A stretch of 32,000 bases of DNA, from the NCBI GenBank assembly GCA_016196885.1, contig JACPWU010000035.1, positions 1,328 through 33,327 of the forward strand, read 5' to 3'. Positions 1-7,961 of this stretch are shown piece after piece. The position numbers and the translations under genes are program-made. Each line of letters opens with the position of its first letter. Position 1 is the first letter of the stretch. Source of the stretch: Chlamydiota bacterium. GTDB taxonomy: Bacteria; Auribacterota; JACPWU01. A model generated the notes under the pieces. That model searched no databases, was not told the DNA's origin, and saw nothing but the letters and a program-made list of their open reading frames with translations.

Positions 1-165
1 ATTTTGGGGCCTGAGGATTCAGATGCAGACAACGGGACCATTTCATTTCAATCCCCCTTGGCCAAAGGACTGATCGGTCAAAAGGCAGGTCAAGAGGTCA
101 CCGTTTCTTTGCCGGGTGGCTCCAAAAAAATCAAAATCCTTTCTGTGAAGCCGTATAAAATTTAG
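1..165 (+). CDS. greA: Transcription elongation factor GreA, C-terminal fragment (5' end lies outside the window)
   Basis: Frame 1 is open from base 1 to TAG at 163-165. The translation ILGPEDSDADNGTISFQSPLAKGLIGQKAGQEVTVSLPGGSKKIKILSVKPYKI fits the conserved GreA/GreB C-terminal domain pattern (IS..SPLA+ALIGK+.G..V.V..P.G....I). Confidence 0.75.
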   Translation: MLGPEDSDADNGTISFQSPLAKGLIGQKAGQEVTVSLPGGSKKIKILSVKPYKI

Positions 166-178
166 AAAGAGACTGCGA

Positions 179-1012
179 ATGAAGAAGCTTTTCCTTTCGT
201 CACTTCTCATCTTCTCCCTCTCCTCTTCTAGTGCCCAAACACCCCCTGTTTCCACCGACGCTCAGCAACAAGAGATTCTCAAGTATTATCAAGGAATGTA
301 TCAGCTTAAAACCGATTACCGTGCTGAAGGAAAAATTGCGAGAATTCAAGACCGCTTAAACAAGGCCTATGGCATGAACATCCGCGTGATCCCGGGCCAA
401 ACGGGCCGAGCAGCCATGTCTTTTGGAAGAGGCATCATTGTGCTGGACCTTTCCATTTCGGGAAGCTATGACGAGGAAACCATCGCGGGCCTCTTAAGCC
501 ACGAATGGGCGCATGAATACCTCGGCCATCTCTACAATTTTCAATACGGCTACCTCCAAGGCCAGACCAATCCTTACACACAATTAGAAACCATGCGAAA
601 GATGGAACTGGAAGCCGACTGCGTGGGAATGAAACATTTGGGCCAGGCAGGCTACTCCCCGGCAGGCTTTATTCAATTGATCATTGAAAAAGGAGATGTG
701 GAGGCCTTTAAACATCCAAACCTAAGAATGTATTTTCCACCCGAGATGCGGCTCCAGGCCATTTTAGAATGTTCCCTCACCCTAGATCGGAAATCCCAAC
801 ACCTGATTCAAGCATATTTAGGACTCCCTCTAGCGAAAACGGAACAAAAAGAAATATCGACCTTGCAGACTCCCTGCATACACCAAAAACCCTGCGAACA
901 CATCGTCCCCTGCATCCACCTGTGTCAAGACCCCAAAACCAGCAAAACCATCCCTTGCCATCTCTACGATACAGAGCATCCGTACGACACAGAGCACGAG
1001 CATGATGAATAG
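179..1012 (+). CDS. Secreted M48-like zinc metallopeptidase with Cys/His-rich C-terminal tail
   Basis: 277-aa ORF with a signal-peptide-like N-terminus (MKKLFLSSLLIFSLSSSSAQ). It has an HExxH motif (HEWAHEYLGH), followed downstream by ELEADCVGMKHLGQAGYSP. That matches the E..EAD..G......AGY.P signature I associate with M48 (HtpX/BepA/Oma1-type) peptidases. The tail is CIHQKPCEHIVPCIHLCQDPKTSKTIPCHLYDTEHPYDTEHEHDE. Confidence 0.6.
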   Translation: MKKLFLSSLLIFSLSSSSAQTPPVSTDAQQQEILKYYQGMYQLKTDYRAEGKIARIQDRLNKAYGMNIRVIPGQTGRAAMSFGRGIIVLDLSISGSYDEETIAGLLSHEWAHEYLGHLYNFQYGYLQGQTNPYTQLETMRKMELEADCVGMKHLGQAGYSPAGFIQLIIEKGDVEAFKHPNLRMYFPPEMRLQAILECSLTLDRKSQHLIQAYLGLPLAKTEQKEISTLQTPCIHQKPCEHIVPCIHLCQDPKTSKTIPCHLYDTEHPYDTEHEHDE

Positions 1013-1013
1013 G

Positions 1014-1094
1014 AAAAATAGTTTTTAGTTCTTAGTTTTGAGTTTTGAGTTTTGAGTTTTGAGTTTTTAGAACTTATAACTTAAAACTATTTTT
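1014..1094. repeat. Heptad hairpin H1 between convergent genes
   Basis: Seven tandem 7-mers lie at 1019-1067 (TAGTTTT TAGTTCT TAGTTTT GAGTTTT x4). Three complementary-sense 7-mers follow at 1068-1088 (TAGAACT TATAACT TAAAACT). The element is clamped by AAAAATAG (1014-1021) and CTATTTTT (1087-1094). It sits between the stop of 179-1012 (+) and the stop of 1093-2340 (-), so it may act as a bidirectional terminator. Confidence 0.8.
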
Positions 1095-2340
1095 AGTACC
1101 ACCCATGATGATCTTCCTGCGTCCCGGGGGTGGGTAAGGATTCTACCCCGGGCCACTCGAGATTTTTGGGAAATTGAACGGCCTTCGTCCCTCCCCCTAA
1201 GGCATCCGGCCTGCTAATTCTAAAGCTATTTTCAATTTGGAAAAGCAAGGTTTTCAGTTCATCCCATCTTTCAATCGAGGCATATCTTAACGTCATCACC
1301 CCGGAAAAACTATTTCCCTGAGAGACCAGGGCCCCTCTTAAAATACCGTGCTTACGCCCAGTGGAAAGATGATCGAATAAAACCTCTCGCTCGATCACCT
1401 TCCAACGCTGGCCCAAGCGGTCAATAAACTCGTCATATTCATGTTCAGATAAAATTTCGACATGGTTGACGGCCGCGGGATCTTGGTCAAAAAGTTTCAG
1501 AAATTCCTGCGGGGTGGGATTACCCGGAAGATAAATAAAAAAATTCACCAGAAAACTATTGAATTCGTCTTCCGAGGTCACCTCGATCGAGTAACGACTT
1601 TCCTTCACCCGCCAACCTTGAGGATATGAAACTTGAAAAACCTGCCCCTCGAATAAATGAAGGGAATCACTTTGAAAAGATTCGAAGCTGTCCCGAGAAC
1701 TTTCCAAGGTCATTTCCAAAGACGGCCATTCATCCAAAGGCGCCCAAATCGCCTCGTAAAAACTGGAATACCCTCTTTGAACCGCACGCACCTTCCCTGT
1801 CACAGGAATTCCAAAAATGGAGCCGGACAACACGGCCTCTATCTCTTCAGGTCTTTCCTTCACCTCTTCCAAAGTCAAATTTGGAAATTGTTTTTTCAGA
1901 ATTTCTTTTTGAATCTCAAATTGGGATTGAAGTAAATCACGCAACGTGCCAGAGGCCTTGCGAATGGGACAAATCAAAACGCAGGCCGTGCGCATCGCCT
2001 CCCGATACACCCAAACGCGGCCCGGTTCAATGTCCAATTTCCAATTTTCGGGAACGCGAAGAGAAAATCCCAAATAGGGCTGCCTAAAAATCCTCATGGG
2101 AAGGACGGAGGCCTTTAGAGGCATGGGTAGTGGAGGATGTTGAGGCAAAACCTCAGGCTGCGCAACCAGGACAGGCTTCGGGGATTCCTTCGCTTCATGA
2201 CGTCGAGGCTCAAGAGAATGCTGAGGAGAAGAAAGGATCAAAATAACCATGCACAAAAAGAAAGACACCCCCAGCCCCGCTGCCATCCTTTGCCCTCTCG
2301 TCCAAGACCTCATTTGAGAAAAAGGAGATAAATGTCTCAT
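1093..2340 (-). CDS. Membrane-anchored protein with two PsbP/DUF1795-like modules (paralog A of the family)
   Basis: The ORF track gives 1093-2457. The first 39 codons run across the divergent promoter and the start of the next gene. I prefer the ATG at 2338-2340 (MRHLSPF...), which lies just before the single TM helix AAGLGVSFFLCMVILILSS. It is a full-length paralog of 6477-7961 (LGFSLRVPENWKL/LGFSIRIPEMWHL; FQVSYPQGWRVKES/FQVYYPDGWQVSET; IYLPGNPTPQEF/IYLPGNPDPFQF; SFSGVM; ERW). Confidence 0.7.
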   Translation of the reverse strand: MRHLSPFSQMRSWTRGQRMAAGLGVSFFLCMVILILSSPQHSLEPRRHEAKESPKPVLVAQPEVLPQHPPLPMPLKASVLPMRIFRQPYLGFSLRVPENWKLDIEPGRVWVYREAMRTACVLICPIRKASGTLRDLLQSQFEIQKEILKKQFPNLTLEEVKERPEEIEAVLSGSIFGIPVTGKVRAVQRGYSSFYEAIWAPLDEWPSLEMTLESSRDSFESFQSDSLHLFEGQVFQVSYPQGWRVKESRYSIEVTSEDEFNSFLVNFFIYLPGNPTPQEFLKLFDQDPAAVNHVEILSEHEYDEFIDRLGQRWKVIEREVLFDHLSTGRKHGILRGALVSQGNSFSGVMTLRYASIERWDELKTLLFQIENSFRISRPDALGGGTKAVQFPKNLEWPGVESLPTPGTQEDHHGWY

Positions 2341-2344
2341 TTTT

Positions 2345-2373
2345 TTGCGAACCCTTGAAAAATGTTCTATAAT
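2345..2373 (+). promoter_or_regulatory. Candidate sigma70-type promoter for the 2411-6183 three-gene cluster
   Basis: TTGCGA (2345-2350), a 17-nt spacer, then a perfect TATAAT (2368-2373). An AAAAGGGAG Shine-Dalgarno lies at about 2395-2403 and the ATG is at 2411. Confidence 0.5.
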
Positions 2374-2410
2374 GAATATATCACTTAAACCTAGAAAAGG
2401 GAGCCATCCG

Positions 2411-3529
2411 ATGAAAAAGTTTCCTCTCGTTTCTTTGACAATTTTGAACTTTTTCATCCTTCATGCGGCCTTTGCCCAATATCCAGGACCCTCGAATTTT
2501 AACGCCAGTCTTCCCTCGGGCCTCACTTATACCCATCCTCAAGGCATTTTCACCCTTCAATTTCCTCAAGGATGGATTCAAACCAATACCACCGATTTAA
2601 GACAGGCGGCCTATTTTATTCTCATTCAAAATGGAACGGCTCTCGCAGAGGCGGCCATTTATGTAGAAACCCTCTCGCAAACGGTGACACCTCAAATGTA
2701 CGCCATTGGAGTAGAAGAAAACACGCTGCGTCGCACACCGGGTTATCAAAAGGCCGCTGAAAATGTAGTGGCCATCAACGGTCAAATGGCGGCCTATCGT
2801 GAATTTTCTTATTCAGCCAACCTTCAGGGGCAGACGAAAATGGTTTTGTCCGCACACTATTATTTTGTGGTGGGAAATTTGGCCTATCTGCTTCATTTCG
2901 CGACTTATCCAGAAATCGCTCCGCAAGTGAAAAATCAATTTCTTCAAATTGCGCAGAGTTTCAAAATCTCGGGTGGCTCAGCGATGAATACCCCCCTCTA
3001 TCAACAAAACACCAGCATGAATCTTTATCCCAATACGACTGGGCCCGTCCAAAACAATGCCCCTGTCTATAATCCTTATGCATCACAAACCAATCCGAAC
3101 CCTTATGTCTCTGCGACCCCTATCAACTCAGGCAATCCTCAAGACGTGAACTCCCCAGAATTTATACAGCGATGGATGCAAGAGCATCCCTATGAACCCC
3201 CTCCTGTGGATAACCGCATGACGCAGCAATTAGACGCCATGGCCAAACAATGGCAGGCCCAGCATCCGGCCCCGACCGTGCCAACTCAAAATGCCCTCAA
3301 CACAAATCCTTACAATCCGCCCCTGCCACCGACCCAGCAAACGGGAAATGCGACGACTTTTACCATGAATCAACAAACGCCTTTGTCCCAAACGCCCATG
3401 CCTCAGACTCAAAAGGAGGAGCCTCTTCCCGCGCCACAACCGCTCCCAGAGATCGCACCTGTAGCACAAACGGTCCACACGACTCCAGAGGCAACACCCA
3501 CAGATTTAGAAGGAGAGAATCAGCAGTGA
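2411..3529 (+). CDS. Secreted protein P1: one PsbP/DUF1795-like module plus a long Q/N/P-rich tail
   Basis: The ORF track starts at 2345. The ATG at 2411 is preceded by an AGGGAG RBS and opens a classic signal peptide (MKKFPLVSLTILNFFILHAAFA|Q). The N-module (YTHPQGIFTLQFPQGWIQT...YYFVVGNLAYLLHFAT...QSFKI) is paralogous to those in 3663-5087, 5092-6183 and 14240-15616. The region from aa ~188 onward is low-complexity Q/N/P/T. Confidence 0.75.
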   Translation: MKKFPLVSLTILNFFILHAAFAQYPGPSNFNASLPSGLTYTHPQGIFTLQFPQGWIQTNTTDLRQAAYFILIQNGTALAEAAIYVETLSQTVTPQMYAIGVEENTLRRTPGYQKAAENVVAINGQMAAYREFSYSANLQGQTKMVLSAHYYFVVGNLAYLLHFATYPEIAPQVKNQFLQIAQSFKISGGSAMNTPLYQQNTSMNLYPNTTGPVQNNAPVYNPYASQTNPNPYVSATPINSGNPQDVNSPEFIQRWMQEHPYEPPPVDNRMTQQLDAMAKQWQAQHPAPTVPTQNALNTNPYNPPLPPTQQTGNATTFTMNQQTPLSQTPMPQTQKEEPLPAPQPLPEIAPVAQTVHTTPEATPTDLEGENQQ

Positions 3530-3540
3530 AAAACAGTCCG

Positions 3541-3629
3541 CAGTCGCCCGATTTATCGGGCAGTCTATGCATTGTCCCATAAATAGGGCGACTACAAGGG
3601 ATTTGCCCGATAAATCGGGCGACTACAAG
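3541..3629. repeat. REP/MITE-like composite palindromic element, copy A (three sub-hairpins)
   Basis: It contains cAGTCGCCCGATTTATCGGGC (3541-3561), TCCCATAAATAGGGCGACTACAAG (3575-3598) and GCCCGATAAATCGGGCGACTACAAG (3605-3629). It shares the GCCCGA-N4-TCGGGC and GCCCCA-N4-TGGGGC hairpins and the CGACTACA terminus with copies at 6406-6460 and 21731-21800. Confidence 0.8.
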
Positions 3630-3662
3630 TTATTGGTAAAGGACTCTACCTTGAAATCCAGC

Positions 3663-5087
3663 ATGCTCAAACTTTTCGGGGGGGCATTGCTGATCTTCCT
3701 CAGTCAGCCACCGATGCCCTTTGCCCAAAATCTTTTACCCACGCCCGGGTACGCCATCACCTATCAAGATCCTCAACAGAGATTCGTCATCAGCTTTCCT
3801 TCGGGATGGCAGCAAGCGAAACCGCCATCACCCGAGGCCCAAGCCTATTTTTCTTACACACAAAATGGCGCCGTCATCGCAGAGGCTATTGTTTATTCGT
3901 ATCAACTCCCCCATCAAATGAATGTCTCTGATTTTCAGTCCGCGATCTTTCAAAAAACCATCCTTCCCCATATCAACACCATGACACCTGACCCCGCCAG
4001 CAACAGCCTCAAAAATTTTGGCATGACGACAAGCCTTCTCTCTGAATATGATTACAATCCCAAAACTCCCATGAGAATGAGGCACTATTATTTTGTCCAC
4101 GTCTACACCGCCACAGGGATTGTGATTCGCTTTGACACCTTCAAACAATATTGGCCGATGATGATCCCAAAATTTGAAGAGGTCATGGCCACGTTTAAAA
4201 TAGGAATTAGCAATATCACCCTGGAACAATTGGCCGAGCAAAATCTCGTGGCAGGAAGTGTGACCCCGCCCCTGCTTCAAAATCCGAAGGCCTACATGCC
4301 GGATTATCCTTGGGATGTTTCACCCCAGGCCACCCCCTATGACGAAGAGATGCTCATCAACATCCGTGTCCTCAAAAATTTGGTTCAAAACGATCCCACT
4401 TTAAAAAGCACCCTCCCCGAAATCGAAAAGCGCGAAAAAGAAGTCGAACAAAGAATTCAAAACAGCCTCGAGAAAAATAAAAGAAAGGAGCTTGAGGCAC
4501 TCCATCAAAAACCAGGGGAGGGACCTCTCCCGAAAGACTCCGCCGTCTCCACCGTTTTGAATGTGAAGCCTCCCGCAAATTTAACAGGAGATATTTATGG
4601 CGAAATCCAAAAAGCCCCACCTCGTCCCACCCCCGAAGAAACCCAAATTGCTGTAGAAGCCGATCTCGTTCCTTGGCAAGATCCCTTGGAGCGCTTCTCC
4701 CTCATTTATCCGAAGGGATGGGCGAAAACCCAAAAAGGGGCGTGGTATCTTTCTTTTGATGGACCCGAAGGCAATCAGATTTTGGTCTTGTCCTTCATGG
4801 ACCCTTCTTTCTCTGCAGAATATTTAAAGCAATTGCTCAAAAATCAGCCTCCCCTTGCACAAAAGGAAGTCACACTCAAAAATGCCGAGAAAGCCCAAAT
4901 GCTCACGTTTCAAACCCGGAATGAAGAGTCACCTGACGCCGAAGAAATGATCGTGACCTCCATTTCACCCGAAAAATCAAATTTACTCTTTTTAATTCGC
5001 TTTTCAAAAGAACGCTACGAAGGCAACAGGGGTATGGTAAAAAAAATCATTGAGGTATTGATTGCGGGAATTGAACTGAAAGGATAA
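3663..5087 (+). CDS. Secreted protein P2: two PsbP/DUF1795-like modules joined by a charged/coiled linker
   Basis: The ORF track starts at 3567, but those 32 codons translate the REP element. The ATG at 3663 opens a signal peptide (MLKLFGGALLIFLSQPPMPFA|QN). The N-module is YQDPQQRFVISFPSGWQQ... and the C-module is WQDPLERFSLIYPKGWAKT... The linker is K/E-rich (EIEKREKEVEQRIQNSLEKNKRKELEALHQK). No clear SD precedes 3663, so the start is uncertain. Confidence 0.65.
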   Translation: MLKLFGGALLIFLSQPPMPFAQNLLPTPGYAITYQDPQQRFVISFPSGWQQAKPPSPEAQAYFSYTQNGAVIAEAIVYSYQLPHQMNVSDFQSAIFQKTILPHINTMTPDPASNSLKNFGMTTSLLSEYDYNPKTPMRMRHYYFVHVYTATGIVIRFDTFKQYWPMMIPKFEEVMATFKIGISNITLEQLAEQNLVAGSVTPPLLQNPKAYMPDYPWDVSPQATPYDEEMLINIRVLKNLVQNDPTLKSTLPEIEKREKEVEQRIQNSLEKNKRKELEALHQKPGEGPLPKDSAVSTVLNVKPPANLTGDIYGEIQKAPPRPTPEETQIAVEADLVPWQDPLERFSLIYPKGWAKTQKGAWYLSFDGPEGNQILVLSFMDPSFSAEYLKQLLKNQPPLAQKEVTLKNAEKAQMLTFQTRNEESPDAEEMIVTSISPEKSNLLFLIRFSKERYEGNRGMVKKIIEVLIAGIELKG

Positions 5088-5091
5088 AAAC

Positions 5092-6183
5092 ATGAAAAAA
5101 ATACTGTTTTCTCTTCTCTGCATTTTGGGTATCACCCCTTTTATTTTTGCTCAACCCTCTCCAGGACTTTCTTATCGGCATCCGGACGGAAGTTTTCAAA
5201 TTCAGTTTTCCGCCGGCTGGGTTCAAACGCAAACGACGAGCCCCGTCCAATCAGCCTATTTCGTTTTTTACCAAGGGAACATGCCTGCGGGAGAAATGAT
5301 CGTTTTCATTGAACCCCTGATGCAGCCTGTGACCGCTCAAGCATATGCCTGGAACGCTGAACAAAACTCGCTGAGGGGCCTTCAGAATTATCAAGAGGCC
5401 TCTGAAATGCCCATCTCCATCGCGGGTCAAGGCGCGATCGTTCGCCAATTCAGCTACACGCAAAATCTGAAAGAAATGACCCAAATGATCGCAGCGGAAG
5501 AATTTTATTTTGTTTTTGGGAATGCGGCCTACACCTTTCATTTTGGAACCCATGCCCACCTCTATCCGCAAGTGAAACCTCAATTTGACGAAATTATTCG
5601 GACCCTTCAGCTTTTCGCAACAGGACCTCTCCCTCCCACAACGGCCGCAGCCACAACTCCAACATTAACCCCTCATCTTCAAAGTTTGAGCGAGAACCCT
5701 TCCCCAACGCCCCCTCTCCAAACTCAAACACCGGACAACACCTGGGTTCCTTCTCCTCAAGTGCTTCCCACCCCAGAAAAAATATTCGGTCTCAAACCCT
5801 ATCAGGACCCCAAAGGAAAATTTTCCATGCAAGTCCCTGACCGCTGGCTCACCACGGAAAGCGCAAGCGGACTCATGAGTGTCTCAGGAAAAGGGCATGT
5901 CATCTCTGTGGAAATTTTTCCGGGGCCTGAAACGGTAGATGTCATGCAATCCATTAAAACCCGGGGCAAAACCATTGTGTCCCAAGGGACTCGGGTGATT
6001 CAAGGAATGAATGGAACGGAAATCATTTTCAAAGACAAGGACCCTCAAGGATGGGATGTGATTGAAACATTGATAATCCTAAAGGAAAAGAACGCCCTGG
6101 TCAGTTTCATCGCCCCTGAAGCCGAATATGAAAGCATCAAGTCCAGCCGCGATGAGATTTTGAAAAGCTTGAGGTTTGCATAA
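5092..6183 (+). CDS. Secreted protein P3: two PsbP/DUF1795-like modules joined by a P/T-rich linker
   Basis: An AAAGGA RBS lies about 10 nt upstream. The signal peptide is MKKILFSLLCILGITPFIFA|QP. The N-module is YRHPDGSFQIQFSAGWVQT...FYFVFGNAAYTFHFGT and the C-module is YQDPKGKFSMQVPDRWLTT... The linker is PLPPTTAAATTPTLTPHLQSLSENPSPTPPLQTQTP. Confidence 0.75.
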   Translation: MKKILFSLLCILGITPFIFAQPSPGLSYRHPDGSFQIQFSAGWVQTQTTSPVQSAYFVFYQGNMPAGEMIVFIEPLMQPVTAQAYAWNAEQNSLRGLQNYQEASEMPISIAGQGAIVRQFSYTQNLKEMTQMIAAEEFYFVFGNAAYTFHFGTHAHLYPQVKPQFDEIIRTLQLFATGPLPPTTAAATTPTLTPHLQSLSENPSPTPPLQTQTPDNTWVPSPQVLPTPEKIFGLKPYQDPKGKFSMQVPDRWLTTESASGLMSVSGKGHVISVEIFPGPETVDVMQSIKTRGKTIVSQGTRVIQGMNGTEIIFKDKDPQGWDVIETLIILKEKNALVSFIAPEAEYESIKSSRDEILKSLRFA

Positions 6184-6215
6184 ATGCGCTAAAATGATAT
6201 AATAACTATACCATT

Positions 6216-6385
6216 ATGGAATTCGGGTACGACGAACATAAAAGCACATCTAACAAAATCAAAATGTTGATTTTCCCAATTGGGTGATTCGTTCTTTGGA
6301 CAGAGAAGCAAGAAAATTGGGAGTGACACGGCAATCGCTTATCAAGTTATGGATCGCCGATCATTTTAGACAGCTTGCCAGATAA
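6216..6385 (+). pseudogene. Decayed BrnT/BrnA-like (DUF497 toxin / CopG-type antitoxin) remnant
   Basis: 6216-6287 encodes only MEFGYDEHKSTSNKIKMLIFPIG*. Its start resembles the DUF497 N-terminus (F.WDE.K...N..KH). In another frame, 6254-6385 reads ..NVDFPNWVIRSLDREARKLGVTRQSLIKLWIADHFRQLAR* with no proper start codon. That resembles the C-terminal RHH-like part of BrnA-type antitoxins (vdfP.w....LD.eA.rlGv.RQ.lIK.wi...l). Confidence 0.45.
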
Positions 6386-6405
6386 CACCCTTGTAGACTT
6401 ATATT

Positions 6406-6460
6406 TGTAGTCGCCCCATTTATGGGGCCGTCCATTTGCCCGATGAATCGGGCGACTACA
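6406..6460. repeat. REP/MITE-like composite palindromic element, copy B
   Basis: TGTAGTCGCC-CCATTTATGGGGC-cgtccattt-GCCCGATGAATCGGGCGACTACA. It has perfect 10-bp terminal inverted repeats (6406-6415 / 6451-6460) and two internal hairpins. A partial TTGTAGAC lies at 6391-6398. Confidence 0.85.
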
Positions 6461-6476
6461 AATCAAGTGTATCTGT

Positions 6477-7961
6477 CTACTCCAAAATAATATCTGTCGG
6501 ATCCTGTGGATTCACATAGCCTCCTCGCGTGGGATCATAATCTTGAGGCGTTACCCACACCGCTTGTCCCGTCTTCTCGGAATCCCGATAGCCCCCGCCC
6601 TGCATGTATTCTCCCCATTTTTCACCCACCAGATCATTGGACTGGGTTTTTGCCTCCCAGCTTTCCATCACGCTGGAGGTGTCGGCGGGATGATTGGCCG
6701 GTAAAACCATGCCTTTCACCCCGCCCCCCAAAAGCTCTGGATGCAGGACCTGAAAACTTTTTTCAATCGCTTCTAGAAGGGATGAGACCGATTCCCATCG
6801 CTCGAGGGGGGCCTGTCGAATAGACATCACGCCTGAGAAGCTCACCATTTGCCTTAAAATTCCAGAGGTCATCGCCGCCCTCAATCGGCGGCCCTGCCAG
6901 TCATATTCCATGATGCGCCCGCCCATTCTCCAAGTTTGCCCGATGGCGTCTGTCATGTCCGCATAAGATTTTTGATCGAGAATGACGCTATTTTGAAGTT
7001 TGTCACCCAGATTGCGAAGGGCAAAATCCATGAATTGAAAGGGATCGGGATTGCCCGGCAAATAAATGGAAAGCCCTATCGAAACCGCTGTCTCATCTTG
7101 TGGGTCTTTCACATCAATACCATTTAAGGTCTCACTCACCTGCCAACCGTCTGGATAATAAACCTGAAAGGCATTCCCCTGATAAAGCTTCAGAGGCTCG
7201 CCTTGAAAAGTTTCAAAACTCTCTGCAATCACTTGAAGCATTTCTTCCAAACCTTCCCATTCTTTTTGACGCGCCCAATAGGCTCGATAAAGACCGCGCC
7301 TCCCCTCCAAAGAAACTTTTGCCTTTCCTTGAATGGGAATCCCCGCTAAGACGCCCGAAAAATCAGCTGTCGCAAGCGTCTCTCTTTCATCCACCGCTCC
7401 CAGACTTAAACTGTTTCCACTTTTTTGATAAATGGCCTGATCTATTTGGAAGCAACTTCTCAAAAATTCTGTCAGGGTTAAACCCTTTTTTAAAAAAACG
7501 GGATAAACCACCACCCCCGTCAAGGCCTGAGGTTCCCGCTTCACCAAAATCTTTCCCTGCATGGCATGGAGATGCCACATTTCCGGAATCCGAATCGAAA
7601 ATCCCAGAAAGGCATCACGATAAACTGTCATGGGAAGCGACACACTTGGTTTCCTGACGGCCGTCAGTGGAATGGGAGTCACTCCCGTCACTCCTGAACC
7701 TTTCCCGATGGGGATTTGAGAACCATCGGGGAGTTCAAGAAATTGAGCAGAACCCCAAGAGGGCTCTGTCACTTTTGTTGTCACAGAAGAAGGACGAGAC
7801 ACCCCAGGTGTTTCTTGATCTATTTTTTGCCTGGCCTCATTTCTCTTCCATGAAAAAATGAAAGCAAGGCTGACAAAAGTAAAAAATCCCACCGTCACCA
7901 AAATTTTTTGGCGCAGGGACCAAGCACCCACCTGAGACAGGAATGAAAAGCACTTTTTCAC
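6477..7961 (-). CDS. Membrane-anchored protein with two PsbP/DUF1795-like modules (paralog B), last gene of the sensor-kinase operon
   Basis: 494-aa ORF with the N-terminal TM helix ILVTVGFFTFVSLAFIFSW. It is a paralog of 1093-2340 (see that entry). Its ATG overlaps the stop of the upstream REC-HK gene (ATGA at 7958-7961), implying translational coupling. It has an extra Gly/Asp/Pro-rich C-terminal extension. Confidence 0.75.
   Translation of the reverse strand: MKKCFSFLSQVGAWSLRQKILVTVGFFTFVSLAFIFSWKRNEARQKIDQETPGVSRPSSVTTKVTEPSWGSAQFLELPDGSQIPIGKGSGVTGVTPIPLTAVRKPSVSLPMTVYRDAFLGFSIRIPEMWHLHAMQGKILVKREPQALTGVVVYPVFLKKGLTLTEFLRSCFQIDQAIYQKSGNSLSLGAVDERETLATADFSGVLAGIPIQGKAKVSLEGRRGLYRAYWARQKEWEGLEEMLQVIAESFETFQGEPLKLYQGNAFQVYYPDGWQVSETLNGIDVKDPQDETAVSIGLSIYLPGNPDPFQFMDFALRNLGDKLQNSVILDQKSYADMTDAIGQTWRMGGRIMEYDWQGRRLRAAMTSGILRQMVSFSGVMSIRQAPLERWESVSSLLEAIEKSFQVLHPELLGGGVKGMVLPANHPADTSSVMESWEAKTQSNDLVGEKWGEYMQGGGYRDSEKTGQAVWVTPQDYDPTRGGYVNPQDPTDIILE

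Noticed and set aside
1626-2087. 153-aa plus-strand ORF (and 1657-1935, 2137-2331) inside paralog A
   Set aside because: It is antisense to a gene with a clear full-length paralog. Its composition is R/P/K-rich and low-complexity, typical of shadow ORFs. It has no RBS or recognisable motif.
3567-3662. 32-codon N-terminal extension of P2 (MHCPINRATTRDLPDKSGDYK...)
   Set aside because: It translates REP copy A. The signal peptide begins at the ATG at 3663.
7100-7657. 185-aa plus-strand ORF (also 6506-6823, 6936-7127, 7667-7861) inside paralog B
   Set aside because: These are antisense shadow frames of a well-supported CDS. They are P/S-rich with no motifs.
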